Part shown: positions 12,030 to 24,835 of the stretch, one piece after another
Layout of the letters: each line of letters begins with the position of its first letter
How positions within the stretch are numbered: the stretch's first letter is position 1
Position numbers and translations under genes: made by a program
The notes under the pieces: generated by a model
What the model saw: only the letters and a program-made list of their open reading frames with translations
Told to the model about the DNA's origin: nothing
The model's database searches: none
NCBI GenBank assembly: GCA_020137815.1
Contig: CM035353.1
Location: 4,712,001-4,776,000, forward strand
From: Hormiphora californensis
Lineage: Eukaryota; Animalia; Ctenophora
Length of the DNA stretch: 64,000 nt
Reading direction: 5' to 3'

Positions 12030-12520
12030 CTCCATACGGTTCTCCGGTTCTTGTGGAGATTCGGTGTGAGAGGGTCTTTAGCACCTTTTCGAACTCATTG
12101 GCTATCCCACCTGCTGTATTCATAACCAGCGGAGAGAAGGCACCCCCTTCAACTTCTCGTACACGTTTTCCGTACGACTGTTTCTTGCTGGCCTCGTTTC
12201 TTCGGTAGAGTTGGTCGAGGGGCGTGTCGATATAGGAGGGCGAATTGGCATGGAAAATTCGCACATCCATATGAGCAAGCTGCATTTTTCGCCACATGTC
12301 AAGTGCGACCACATCCATCCTTGCATCAGGGGCTGTGTTTGCCGAAGGGTGAAAGTGGATGCCGTCCGGACAAGGGAGAAGTAGCTTCTCCGTTTCCACA
12401 GCTTTGAGGCCCGCATATGAGCATATCTCCGCCATGAGGTCCCTGATGTTATCGTGACGGAGGATGGAATAGCCCCCGGTTGAACAGGACAAGGTATGGT
12501 CCGCATTGTTTTCCAAAACA
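12030..12520 (-). pseudogene. Restriction-like endonuclease domain fragment of a CRE-clade non-LTR retrotransposon
   Basis: Motifs HTLSC..GG..RHDNIRD, ARMDV, MDVRIFH, E..KK..Y and FSPLVM..AGG. Confidence 0.8.
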
Positions 12521-13078
12521 AATCAAGAGAAGACAAAATCTTCACGCAGATTTTAAACTTTTAAACTTTGAACTTGACCTGGGAAAATAAGTTTTTGGCA
12601 GCGCTTTCATCTTTTGTAGCTGGAAAAATTCGCGCGTTACATTTAACCGCGACGCATATTTAATTTTGTTGCGAAACGTTCTTGCTCGACGTCCCTGCTT
12701 AAAATCTGTCTTCACACGGTTACCCCCTTTTTCTTTTCGGCAGCTTCTCTTCGGCTGTTGGAAAGTGATCAGTGATGCCAATCGCCAATCGGTGATGACT
12801 GTACGGTAATGACTGTACGGTAATTGCCTGCTTAGTGTGTTCCATTATTGTTCTCATTACAGAGAATACTATGTGCCAGCTGGCCAAGTAAAGTGCACAC
12901 TGCACAGTGCACACTCGTTAACCATCCTGACTGAACCCAATATAAATACAAAATTTACGGTCACTGTCACCATCGTCTCCCTGCGTGCGTGGGTCGACTG
13001 AGAGAACCGGCACTGTGCTATCTCGTGCTTGTCCTCGGGGATAGAATTGAAAGTTTCACTTTGAGCACATGCCTTTAA

Positions 13079-13658
13079 AGGGCCTAAAAACCCAAATTTT
13101 ATTTAATTATTTTGAACACTACATCGTAACAAGCATGCTATTAGAGTCCCAAAAAACATAGGTACACGCCCCACCCGCCCAATGTGAGCCCAGGGGGAGC
13201 CCCTTAAGTTGGGGCCAGTTGGGGTCCCCTTGTAAACGCGCTTGTACTCCTTGAAATGCTAACAATATGATCCTCTCTGAAATTTGAAGTTTTGGGTAAA
13301 ATTTAGCCTTGTGTTTCAGGTGAGTACATAATGTTTCTTGTTTCTGTATTCTGGTAATTTTTCTCCTAGTTTTGATAGGCTTAAATAATAATTGACGAGA
13401 AAGATTATGAAATCTACTAAAACACAAGGATAGTTTCTATCCTAAATTTTATATCTGAGAGAGGATCATAATGTTAGCATTTCAAGGAATACAAGCGCGT
13501 TTACAAGGGGACCCCAAATGGGCCCCAACTTGAGGGGCTCCCCCTGGGCTCACCTGGGGCCCGTGTGGCGTGTATCGATGTTTTTTGGGACTCCAATGGC
13601 ATGCTTGTTACGATGGAGTGTTCAAAATAAATAAATAAAATTTGGGTTTTTAGGCCCT
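13079..13658. mobile_element. Kolobok-like palindromic MITE (AGGG termini, TTAA TSD)
   Basis: TTAA|AGGGCCTAAAAACCC...GGGTTTTTAGGCCCT|TTAA, with ~215-bp arms. Confidence 0.8.
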
Positions 13659-13662
13659 TTAA

Positions 13663-14770
13663 AGTAAGAGTGGCGCGCCGTGTTTTCTCACAAAACTTGG
13701 TGGATGAACGGGGAGTACCACCAGGACCATTGGTACGGTATCGAAAATTTCTAATTCTGTCTCGTTCATTAGTTATGACGTAATATGTTCATTATTTCAA
13801 CTTTCATAAAATTGCTCTACAGAAAAATCGGTTCATTGTGGATTGAAATGGATGCTTGCATCGTGTTCAGCGTCAAACAAGATTAATTGCATTATGTTCT
13901 AACATAATGCTGAATTTCCCTGCCATGTGAATCTATGAAGAAAGGAAATCATGACCAGATCCGCTGTAGCAGCAAGCGGAACACAAAATCCCGATCATCA
14001 TATCACACAAACAGTATAGAGCAAATCCTTGTGTTTTAGTAGCACTAAAATGCGCGCCACGCTGCCACATTGCGCGCCACACATTTCCTGAAAACGTGCC
14101 AATGAAGTGGTTTATGAAGGAGCAGCTCGTAACTGTGTGCGCGGCTCTTGTTGCTACACCGTTGCCCCTCGCAACTAAAGTGTGACCAAAATGGTCCCTC
14201 TACCGATTAGTTAGTATACCAAAATGTCGTTTTCGAATTCTAACCCTGCTATGCCTTTTTACAAAGTAAAAAGGCATCCGGGTGAATGCCTTCGGCATTC
14301 ACCCGGGCAGGGAAAAAATAGCCGGGGTACCAAATTTTGGTGTCTCTACCTTGTCTGTGACGCGAGATATCGACAATTATCAAAATCGACCAAAATGGGA
14401 GAAAGAGAGTTTGTTATCTTTGGGTGCTAGTTGTTTGTGCGCGCCACCCACTTGTAACAATCTCTCTTTCTCTCACTTTGGTCGTTTTTGATATTTGTCA
14501 ATATCTCGCGTCACAGACAAGGTAGAGACACCAAAATTTGGTACCCCGGCTATTTTTTGACGCTGAACACGATGCAAGCATCCATTTCAATCCACAATAA
14601 ACTGATTTTTCTGTAGAGCAATTTTTTGAAAGTTGAAATAATGAACATATTACGTCATAACTAATAAATGAGACGTAATTGGAAATTTTCTATACCGTAC
14701 CAATGGTCCTGGTGGTACTCCCCGTTCATTCACCAAGTTTTGTGAGAAAACACGGCGCGCCACTCTTACT
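13663..14770. mobile_element. Kolobok-like foldback MITE (AGTAAGAGTGG termini, TTAA TSD) with a nested Helentron-like insert
   Basis: TTAA at 13659-62 and 14771-74. The arms become a continuous palindrome once 13877-14314 is removed. Confidence 0.8.
13877..14314 (-). mobile_element. DINE-1/HINE-like non-autonomous Helentron
   Basis: On the minus strand: TTTCCCTGCCC subTIR plus hairpin at the 5' end, then GGCAGGGAAA subTIR, stem-loop GCATTATG..CATAATGC and CTTGTT at the 3' end. It is inserted in a T/A run without a TSD. Confidence 0.7.
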
Positions 14771-14983
14771 TTAAGCAGGAGTCTTAGGAGTTAAGGAGTC
14801 TATCTCCACATTGTAGTGCGGCCTTAAGTTCGTTTGTGCTTGCCGTACCTCAACTGGAACTGTGTTACTGGCACTGTCATCATCCTCTCCCAGCGTGTGT
14901 GGGTCCACTGGGAGAGCTGGATAAACGACTGCATCTTGACAATCTCCTGCAATACAACCGGGTGTTATAATAACAATTATTAG

Positions 14984-17900
14984 CAGGGTGTGAACTGCAT
15001 GTCGTGTTTGCTAGTCGCGAGCGCGCTTGCGAGACAAGTAAACACGTCAAGGTTCATTAACAAGCATGCTGCTCAGTCATTTTAGATTTAATACACAATG
15101 TAAGGATACCATGTAATAGGTGAGACTCTTGCCGTCACCCTCGTTCAAGTCCCGTGAAAAACGGAGCAGTACACGCAAACTGATGCCCATTTTCCTCGCG
15201 TGACCCCGATTCAGCAGTTTGAGACACCAACTCTTTAGGGGGCCATATCTCAGGAACCAGACAAGATAGGAAAAATCGCCGTCTAATGAGGCGTACAGTT
15301 TTTAATCTAGTTTACCACTGTACCGGCCGTTTCACTCTCCGACCTAAAACAAAAATCGCAACCCCACAAAACTTCAAAATAATGAAATTCGCATCTCGCA
15401 TGTCGTGTTGCATGTCGTGTCATGTTATTGACGCGCTCGCGTTCAACTCTCACACAGCAGCTGCAGAACATGGCGGGAAACATCGAGGAGTAGAGAGAGG
15501 GTCGGTGCCGAATCAAATATTTCTTGATCTTGATCTACTCCATCTCTCAGCTATCCTACCCCTCATCAACTCGATCTCTCAGCTACCCTACCCCTCATCT
15601 ACTCCATCTTTCAGCTACCCTACCCCTCATCTACTCCATCTTTCAGCTACCCTACCCCTTATCTAGTCCATCTCTCAGCTACCCTACTCCTCATCTACTC
15701 CATCTCTCAGCTTCCCTATTAGGGAAGCATAGAGATGGAAACGATTAGGGGTAGGGAATCCCTATCCATAATCGTTTCCATCTCTATGCTTCCCTAGCCC
15801 TCATCAACTCCATCTTTCAGCTACCCTACCCCTAATCTAGTCCATCTCTCCGCTACCCTACTCCTCATCTACTCCATCTCTCAGCTTCCCTATTAGGGAA
15901 GCATAGAGATGGAAACGATTAGGGGTAGGGAATCCCTATCCATAATCGTTTCCATCTCTATGCTTCCCTAGCCCTCATCTACTCCATCTTTCAGCTACCC
16001 TACCCCTCATCAACTCCATCTTTCAGCTACCCTACCCCTAATCTAGTCCATCTCTCCGCTACCCTACTCCTCATCTACTCCATCTCTCAGCTACCCTACC
16101 TCCCATTCACTCCATCTCTCAGCTACCCTACCACCCATTTACTCCATCTCTCAGCTTCCCTACCTCCCATTTGATCCATCTCTCAGCTTCCCTACCTCCC
16201 ATTTACTCCATCCCTCAGCTTCCCTACCTCCCATTTACTCCATCTCTCAGCTTCCCTACCTCCCATTTACTCCATCTCTCAGCTACCCTACCTCCCATTC
16301 ACTCCATCTCTCAGCTTCCCTACCTCCCATTTACTCCATCTCTCAGCTTCCCTACCTCTCATTTAGTACTCCATCTCTCAGCTACCCTACCTCCCATTTA
16401 CTCCATCTCTCAGCTTCCCTACCTCCCATTTACTCCATCTCTCAGCTTCCCTACCTCCCATTTACTCCATCTCACAGCTACCTTACCTTCCATTTACTCC
16501 ATCTCTCAGCTTCCCTTCCTCCCATTTACTCCATCTCTCAGCTACCCTACCTCCCATTTACTCCATCTCTCAGCTTCCCTACCTCCCATTTACTCCATCC
16601 CTGCCTCCCATTTACTCCATCTCTCAGCTACCCTACCTCCCATTCACTCCATCTCTCAGCTACCCTACCACCCATTTACTCCATCTCTCAGCTTCCCTAC
16701 CTCCCATTTACTCCATCTCTCAGCTTCCCTACCTCCCATTTACTCCATCCCTCAGCTTCCCTACCTCCCATTTACTCCATCTCTCAACTTCCCTACCTCC
16801 CATTTACTCCATCTCTCAGCTACCCTACCTCCCATTTACTCCATCTCTCAGCTTCCCTACCTCCCATTTACTCCATCTTTCAGCTTCCCTTCCTCCCATT
16901 TACTCCATCGCTTACCTTCCCTACCTCCCATTTACTCCATCTCTCAGCTTCCCTACCTCCCATTTACTCCATCTCTCAGCTTCCCTATCTCCCATTTACT
17001 CCATCTCTCATTTATCCTAACATTTCTACCCCTGAGAGATGGAGTAAATGGGAGGTAGGGAAGCTGAGAGATGGAGTAAATGGGAGGTAGGGAAGCTGAG
17101 AGATGGAGTAAATGGGAGGTAGGGTAGCTGAGAGATGGAGTAAATGGGAGGAAGGGAAGCTGAGAGATGGAGTAAATGGAAGGTAAGGTAGCTGAGAGAT
17201 GGAGTAAATGGGAGGTAGGGAAGCTGAGAGATGGAGTAAATGGGAGGTAGGGAAGCTGAGAGATGGAGTAAATGGGAGGTAGGGTAGCTGAGAGATGGAG
17301 TACTAAATGAGAGGTAGGGTAGCTGAGAGATGGAGTAAGTAAATGAGAGGTAGGGAAGCTGAGAAATGGAGTAAATGGGAGGTAGGGAAGCTGAGAGATG
17401 GATCAAATGGGAGGTAGGGTAGCTGAGGGATAGAGTAAATGGGAGGTAGGGAAGCTGAGAGATGGAGTAAATGGAAGGTAGGTAAGCTGAGAGATGGAGT
17501 AAATGGGAGGTAGGGTATCTGAGAGATGGAGTAAATGGGAGGTAGGGAAGCTGAAAGATGGAGTAAATGGGAGGTAGGTAAGCTAAGAGATGGAGTAAAT
17601 GGGAGGTAGGTAAGCTGAGAGATGGAGTAAATGGGAGGTAGGGAAGCTGAGAGATGGAGTAAATGGGAGGTAGGGTAGCTGAGAGATGGAGTAAATGGGA
17701 GGTAGGGAAGCTGAGAGATGGAGTAGATGAGGAGTAGGGTAGCGGAGAGATGGACTAGATTAGGGGTAGGGTAGCTGAAAGATGGAGTTGATGAGGGCTA
17801 GGGAAGCATAGAGATGGAAACGATTATGGATAGGGATTCCCTACCCCTAATCGTTTCCATCTCTATGCTTCCCTAATAGGGAAGCTGAGAGATGGAGTAG

Positions 17901-18611
17901 ATGAGGAGTAGGGTAGCTGAGAGATGGACTAGATAAGGGGTAGGGTAGCTGAAAGATGGAGTAGATGAGGGGTAGGGTAGCTGAAAGATGGAGTAGATGA
18001 GGGGTAGGGTAGCTGAGAGATCGAGTTGATGAGGGAAAGGATAGCTGAGAGATGGAGTAGATCAAGATCAAGAAATATTTGATTCGGCACCGACCCTCTC
18101 TCTACTCCTCGATGTTTCCCGCCATGTTCTGCAGCTGCTGTGTGAGAGTTGAACGCGAGCGCGTCAATAACATGACACGACATGCAACACGACATGCGAG
18201 ATGCGAATTTCATTATTTTGAAGTTTTGTGGGGTTGCGATTTTTGTTTTAGGTCGGAGAGTGAAACGGCCGGTACAGTGGTAAACTAGATTAAAAACTGT
18301 ACGCCTCATTAGACGGCGATTTTTCCTATCTTGTCTGGTTCCTGAGATATGGCCCCCTAAAGAGTTGGTGTCTCAAACTGCTGAATCGGGGTCACGCGAG
18401 GAAAATGGGCATCAGTTTGCGTGTACTGCTCCGTTTTTCACGGGACTTGAACGAGGGTGACGGCAAGAGTCTCACCTATTACATGGTATCCTTACATTGT
18501 GTATTAAATCTAAAATGACTGAGCAGCATGCTTGTTAATGAACCTTGACGTGTTTACTTGTCTCGCAAGCGCGCTCGCGACTAGCAAACACGACATGCAG
18601 TTCACACCCTG
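14984..18611. mobile_element. 3.6-kb foldback element, copy 1 (CAGGGTGTGAACTGC termini, 5-bp TSD ATTAG)
   Basis: About 550 bp of unique arm plus 32-bp repeat arrays in opposite orientation surround a 22-bp loop (17011-17032). ATTAG lies at 14979-83 and 18612-16. Confidence 0.95.
15535..18060. repeat. 32-bp minisatellite (CTCCATCTCTCAGCTTCCCTACCTCCCATTTA) in two inverted arrays
   Basis: Period 32 is seen directly (for example 16261 and 16293). Orientation flips at ~17011-17032. Confidence 0.95.
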
Positions 18612-18679
18612 ATTAGGTTGGTACTAAAAATCTAGTATGTAATGGATCATGGATAATACTATAAAAAAGTAGAATTCAC

Positions 18680-18800
18680 CTTGATCCAGTGTAAAAAATG
18701 GTATGTTTCTGGAACTCTCTGGGAAGTCCTCCCATTGGAATAATTTCTTCTCCATCAGGAGAAAGGCGTGCCGGCAAGGGTAACACGGCCGTTCCTTGCT
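18680..18800 (-). pseudogene. SWIM zinc-finger-adjacent fragment (MULE-like transposase)
   Basis: YPCRHAF...W.DFP...PFFTLD resembles the PCKH..W..LP..P.F.LD pattern. Confidence 0.5.
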
Positions 18801-20964
18801 GTATCGGCCTCTCAATATGGATTTAACAGTAATTAACGTGCTCTTCACTTCTTTGATCTCATGAAGCACTTGGTGCATCTGGCAATACAGTACTTGTTAG
18901 TGGGGCATCTGGCAATGTGAATGTACTAGTGTCTAGTCTGACTAGACTCTAGTCAGTGTAGTAGGAATTTCTATGAAACGGATCTTTCGCCAACGTTTTC
19001 AGTGCCTCCCTGTCTTAATTGCCTCTCTTCAATATGTATACATATCACGAATTTAAAGAAAATGATTTAATAAAATGTAATTTGGGGTATCCTTGCCTAC
19101 AATTTTCACAGTCAAACCCGCTGTTGACGATTTTAGTTGAATGAACCACACAGAAATGACGTGTAGCTTTTAGATTCAAAAGTTCATGATGTCATGATGT
19201 TAACAAATAACGATTAAAAAGTGAGTGGTGACCAAATGATGTTCTGCACCTAAAAACAAGATGTAAAGATGATAAAAAACAAGATGTAAAGATGATAAAA
19301 AACGTAACAATTAAGCATTGTCATTGATTATGCCAGGAGCACCTTACTCCTTGTTTGCTGGTTCAATGAACATTATATTACCTCCACATTGAGGGTGGTC
19401 TTATCCATCACACTATAATAATAATAAATATCCACTATTCTTCAGAGTCGGGGCATTTATCTGGTAAATTTTACCGTTACCACGTCACGTGACAGGTCTG
19501 GGCACGGGTCGGGGAACAGCAGGAACACTGGCATCCGCAGTAGTAACTTCAGTTACATCTGGTCTCCAAAATGGATTGTCCATCCCCCCGGGTCCCAACA
19601 ACAAAGAAATTAGACCGTGGGGCATGATACTTTAGAGAGTGCGTTGGCACCATTTTTCTGGGTATATATTCAATATTGAGTGGGATATTAAGTGCATAAT
19701 TTACACAACAGGGCCAGGGACATCTGAGGTTAGAATAGATAGTGATGGTTTCTGAAATCTGAGATTTCTGATTTTAGAAAGGTGAAATTGTTAACTGTAT
19801 TAAGGAATCTAAAGAGCCCTTATAACTTGGGTTTTGTGAAATTTCCCACGCTTTTTCCGCATTCAGATATATGGCTTACGAAGGTTCTTCATCATATTTT
19901 CCAGTTTGGTTTGTACCTTTGTCGGGTGTGCTATTTTTCCCAACTCATAAATCAAATCCAATTTTCAAAAAGTTTACCCCTAGAATGAGCTCCTACGATC
20001 ATCCTAAAACATTTGGTTAAAAAATTTTAGCTCTACCCCGGCCCAATTACGTGGGCCGATGTATGCCCATATATGGGCATATTCATATCAAAAAATGTTT
20101 GTTGGGGCGTTATTTTGAAAAAAACACACATATAAATCGCCTCATGAGAACCAGTACAACCATAATTTCCAGTTTGAACCTTCAGAACTCCATTTTATAA
20201 TGAAAAATTTCTTTTTTTCATCTTTTTTTCTTGCGCATTTTCCTACTTTGCAGTATTAGTGGAGACGAATTTTAACTTTTTGAGATTTTATTTGTCGGAA
20301 AGCAAATTCCGGTTGTAACCGACTTATTTTGACCTGCTGAACACGATCCCGTTCATGAAAAAGCTCTCAAAATTGAAGAAAATGACCAAAAAGAACATTT
20401 TTAGTCAAAAATGAACATTTTTGGTCCAAAATGAACATTTTCAGGTCAAAAATGAACTTTTGCTAACTTTCATGATACACATCTGTTCCGATTGGTATCA
20501 AACCGCTGAACACGACCCTGACCATAAAAAGTTTATATCAAGAACTTGCCAAACACTGGTGTAAAACACACATATTTTCCTTTTTTCGGTAAAAAAGTAA
20601 ACTTTTTCAATCGCTTGGCCCACGTAATTGACATACACTACCCCAATTCCGGATTACTCGTTCGTTACGTTGCATTTCGTTTCACTTGTGCTTGTCTCAG
20701 ACACCAAAAAGGGCTATTTTCCTCAATAAAACGCAACTCAAATCTCTCTCTAGTTCTCATTTCCATCACACATGACCTCCCAGTTACCACTGAACTGTCT
20801 CTCGGGCCTGGCCTAGTCTCATCACTAAACTACAGCTACATTCTTGGCCAATATTACCCACCGCCCCACCCCCACCCGACAATGTCTGTTTACTGATTGT
20901 GTAAAGTTTATATTGTGAATGTAATTGACTATTCAAAACACGGTATACATCGGGATTTCAGACC

Positions 20965-21158
20965 CAAACTCAAGACACTCTCAAAGGCAAAACGTTACCT
21001 TGATCCAGACTAAACCAAACACAAGAATCTCTCCAAGGGATACCGTTACCTTGTTCCAGACCAAACTTAAGAGTCTCTCAAAGGCAAAACGCTACCTTGT
21101 TCCAGATCAAATCAAACTCAAGAATCTCTCAAAGGCAAAACGTTACCTAGTTCCAGAT
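20965..21158. repeat. ~50-bp tandem repeat x4
   Basis: The unit CCAAACTCAAGA..CTCTCAAAGGCAAAACGTTACCTTGTTCCAGA is repeated. Confidence 0.85.
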
Positions 21159-21899
21159 TAATATAGGGAATTCCCAAGTTTTACTTGGTTAGGCCGGGAG
21201 TTAGACTCCTTGGAGCGTTTGAGGCGATATGCTCTGCATAGTCCGAATCGCAGCACCACAACAACAACAACCCCAATTCCGTTTTCAGGATGTAGTAGAC
21301 AATTGTCCATAGTTTCATATCTACCCTTAAACTATTGGCCAAGTCGACAAAATTTTCACTTAGCACACCCTAGTGGATATTCTTCAAATCGGCAACGACC
21401 TTCAGAACTAGGAAGAATATTACGGGAAGTGATAAACTTAAGTTGTTTTTTCACTGTTCAGTGTTCAGTTCACCCTCCCACCCTTTCTGTGGACGGATTT
21501 GTTTTGTACTTTCTATACCTCATGTTAAGGTCAAAAAGGCACTTGTCTGAGGTTCTCATGTAACTAATTGTATATAACTAGTATATTGATATATCAGTTC
21601 TTTCTTCTGGTATGTATGTAAAACCCGGCATTAGGTCTTGTTGCATTTACAGAGAAATGGATTTAACAGTAATTAACGTGCTCTTCACTTCTTTGATCTC
21701 ATGAAGCACTTGGTACATCTGGCAATACAGACAGTACTGATCGCCTGATGATTCGTTTCCCGTAAGGGTTTCGATGAAACAATTGTAGCGTAACAAATAC
21801 GTAGTTGTTTTACTTCGTTGTGAGCCTCAATTTTTCCTAATCTGCTTTTCAGATCCTCTATTGTCGATCCCATGTTCACCATTTTCCTCCTTAATTCAT

Positions 21900-21980
21900 T
21901 ATATAGCCTAGCAGTGGCTTGGGTGACTAGTTTAATGTGTCTCTCGACCGCTTGCGTGTGACAATTTAGGTGGCATGCCA
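21900..21980 (-). pseudogene. hATm-type transposase C-terminal fragment
   Basis: CHTQAVERHIKLVTQAT matches the hATm motif PCHTQAVER.VKLVTEAS. Confidence 0.65.
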
Positions 21981-23754
21981 CTATGCATAGTAACAGCCCG
22001 AGGGACCGGGATCCACACATGGTTACTCTCCGATATCCATCCTAGATAAGAATGCTGTCCACCACGAGATCTTTGGACTGTGTGTCTAAAAACTATACAT
22101 ACTGCAGGTATCAGGTGTCGACGTCACTCAAGGGACTGGGATAATAACTTACTTCAGTCGGGCAGGAAAAAATTGGGATAAAACTTTTACAAAACAATCG
22201 TCTTCATCGAGATTTTGTTCCAGTCAAGCAAATCTCAGGTTACACAGTATAGACTGGTCCATGGTAATATCCGTGCGTGGTAACCGTCTCCGGTACTCGT
22301 ATCGTAGTATGTAACTAAGCTCGAGTTGGCCATCCACACCTGTATTTCATTTATGGTGTTCATAGGGCTTTTTCTGGCCCAACTATAATATAAGGCAATC
22401 CTGTAGAAGTGTTCTTCTCTGTAAACTCCTTTGATCTTGATCTGACCGTGGAGTAGGTTGAGGTCATTCTCAACGACATAGTATAATTCATCCACCGCCT
22501 CGACATACCGGGCTGTATCATCAACAGTGGTATCTGTTCGGCTGTGTACTTGATATCTCGACATACATGGTTAGTAATGTCATCTTACGACATGAAATAG
22601 TAGCTTTATTATAATTTTATTATTATATTATTATTATAATTTTTTGTGTTATTGCTAATAGGTACTTATTTATATGAGCCTGGTTGTAGTGGGCCTGCTT
22701 TTGGGCCTCGAAAGTATCCCCGTAGAATAACTCTAGCAGTCGTTTTACTGCCATTTCAGGCCAGTTGTACCTCCCCCTGTTCAAAAATCAAAGTCTGTGT
22801 AGTTTTAGTGTGTAGTTTTAGTGTGTAGTTCTGTTGATTTCTTGTCTAGAATGAGGATAATACACGTGTGCGATCTTCACTTACGTTCCGTTGGTAGCAG
22901 CTGCATCCCCATCACCAGTATCTGTGGCGTCGCTCGTTCCAGCACATGTAGTCCTACAAAAGGTAAACTGTGAGGCTACAATATTAGCAGCATGTTCAGT
23001 CTGCATCTGTCTGTCTATGGTCTGTCTGTCGCTGTGTGTCTGTCTGTTTCTCTGTCTGTTAATGAAATAGGAAAGTTTCCAATTTCCTATTTGCTAAGGA
23101 AACTATTTCCTAAGGAAACTGTTTGGATGACTTTTCCATTCTGTTCGGAAGTCCTTAACATGTTCAATAATAAAGCAAAATACTTAAAAATCATGCACAA
23201 TTATAATTCAACACAAGAACTGAATGACTTGCCATTTTAAAAAAGAAGAAAAAAAGATGGCATTTTGATAAGATTGACAAAATATGTAAAATTGAAGATA
23301 AAACAAGAAGATGAAACACACAAAAAAACATCAATGATGAGATCTATTCATTGATATTTAACCAAACCATTCTTCCACAACCGTGATCTGCCCGCTGTAT
23401 GTTTCCCCTTCACTGTTGTACAGTAGGGTGTATGTGTAAGAGAGAAAGTGAGATTAGCAGCCAGAGAAGATATTAAAAATCTTGTTCCGATATGTGACAC
23501 AAAAAACACTTTTAACAAAACGCATGAAACAAAACTCGACAAAACTGATTAAAAGATGTTTTACAGAAAAAAGGATGGCTCCATCAGAAATTTAGCTGAT
23601 GAAAATAGTAACAAACAAATGATATGCACAGTGCACACAAGTTAATTCAACTACACTTTAAAAATATAAGGAGTTTGGTGACGATTCCGTATAACGAGAG
23701 ATCTTCACCAACCCGTGATCGCTTGGCCTCATACTTTGAATTATTTTCCTATTA

Positions 23755-23926
23755 CAGTCGGACCCCGATTTACCGGCCCCCGATTTACCGGAACCCCGAT
23801 TTACCGGGAGGATAAATTTCCCCCGATCTAGGAAATTAACGGCATTTGACCCCGATATACCGGACACCCCGATTTACCGGGCAAAAGCCTTTCCCCCGAG
23901 CATCCCGGTAAATCGGGGTCCGACTG
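23755..23926. mobile_element. Tc1/mariner-pogo-like MITE (TA|CAGTCGGACCCCGATTTA TIR)
   Basis: TIRs with TA TSD. Related copies are at 47808, 51574 and 53452. Confidence 0.9.
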
Positions 23927-24179
23927 TAGTAGTAATGAGTATATGAGAACCAACCAAGGAAACCCTATTATATATTGATCCTGTGCATGACCACCTTCGA
24001 TTTTGTACCAAGGGGGTCGAGGTCCAACACATGTGATATACCTGAGGTGACGTAGAATCAGTGCTCTTATATAATGTCACTGCATTGCTCATTTTAACTT
24101 TCGGGATTGTCTTACTTACTTTTGTTACTTTTGGATGTAAAATCTTAGCAGACCATCCCTTCATCAGGACCACCGGAAA

Positions 24180-24400
24180 CCGCCCAATCGAGCAATGAGT
24201 TAGTTCATTGTTAAGGAACTCGTTAAACACATCGTCCGCCACTCAGGCTCCACGTTCCGATCGGATCCCAACTGTGAAGTTCCATATCTTGCGGTAGGCA
24301 TCCTCCGATAGTATGCTTTTCAGATTTATCAGCATCCTCCCATACATATATATGGAAAGATGCCTTTCCAGATTCCAGAGCCTGTCAAAACTTGCAGTAC
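24180..24400 (-). pseudogene. Academ-like (DUF6589-type) transposase fragment
   Basis: YRKIWNFTVG..RG..VADDVFNEFLN resembles the W..N..G..G...D...E..N catalytic segment. Confidence 0.45.
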
Positions 24401-24835
24401 TTTCAGGGCAGGAGAATTGCCCCCCATATTTTTTTCCTGAAGATTTTCCTACGTCAACCTCTCTAGAGGGGTATTACTCTCCCATCCCCTGGTGTCGAGG
24501 GGTTTGATGGTCGGAACTGGTGACGCTCTCTTCCAATCGTCTGCTGCCACCGTTACTGTTAATCGGTTATAAAACTGGTTTAGTAAAAGCATTTCACTGT
24601 ACCATATTACATTTATTATATGATATGGGACCGGCCCATTTGCCAGAAACATTCAAACCGATGTTTGAAAAGAATTCAGTTCAAATATCTGCTTGAACGT
24701 TGCTGGCAACAGTCGAGACTGCTTTTCTCTGCAGCACGGTTTTATCCCGATCAGTATTGAGTATCGCACTCTATTCCTCCCTCCGCGAGGCTTGATTCCG
24801 TCTGAAAGTCATACTGGCTTATTGTCGAGTCCCCC

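Noticed and set aside
12955-14925. Two similar minus-strand stretches (PVLSVDPRTQGDDGDS and PALPVDPHTLGEDDDS) as exons of a host gene
   Set aside because: Removing the TTAA elements does not give an open frame, and I found no consistent splice structure or recognisable domain.
15286-18309. Repeated 126/74/69/295-aa ORFs in the foldback arms (also 55405-57572 and the 70-aa pair at 42397/45631)
   Set aside because: They are by-products of palindromic and minisatellite sequence, with low complexity and no protein motifs.
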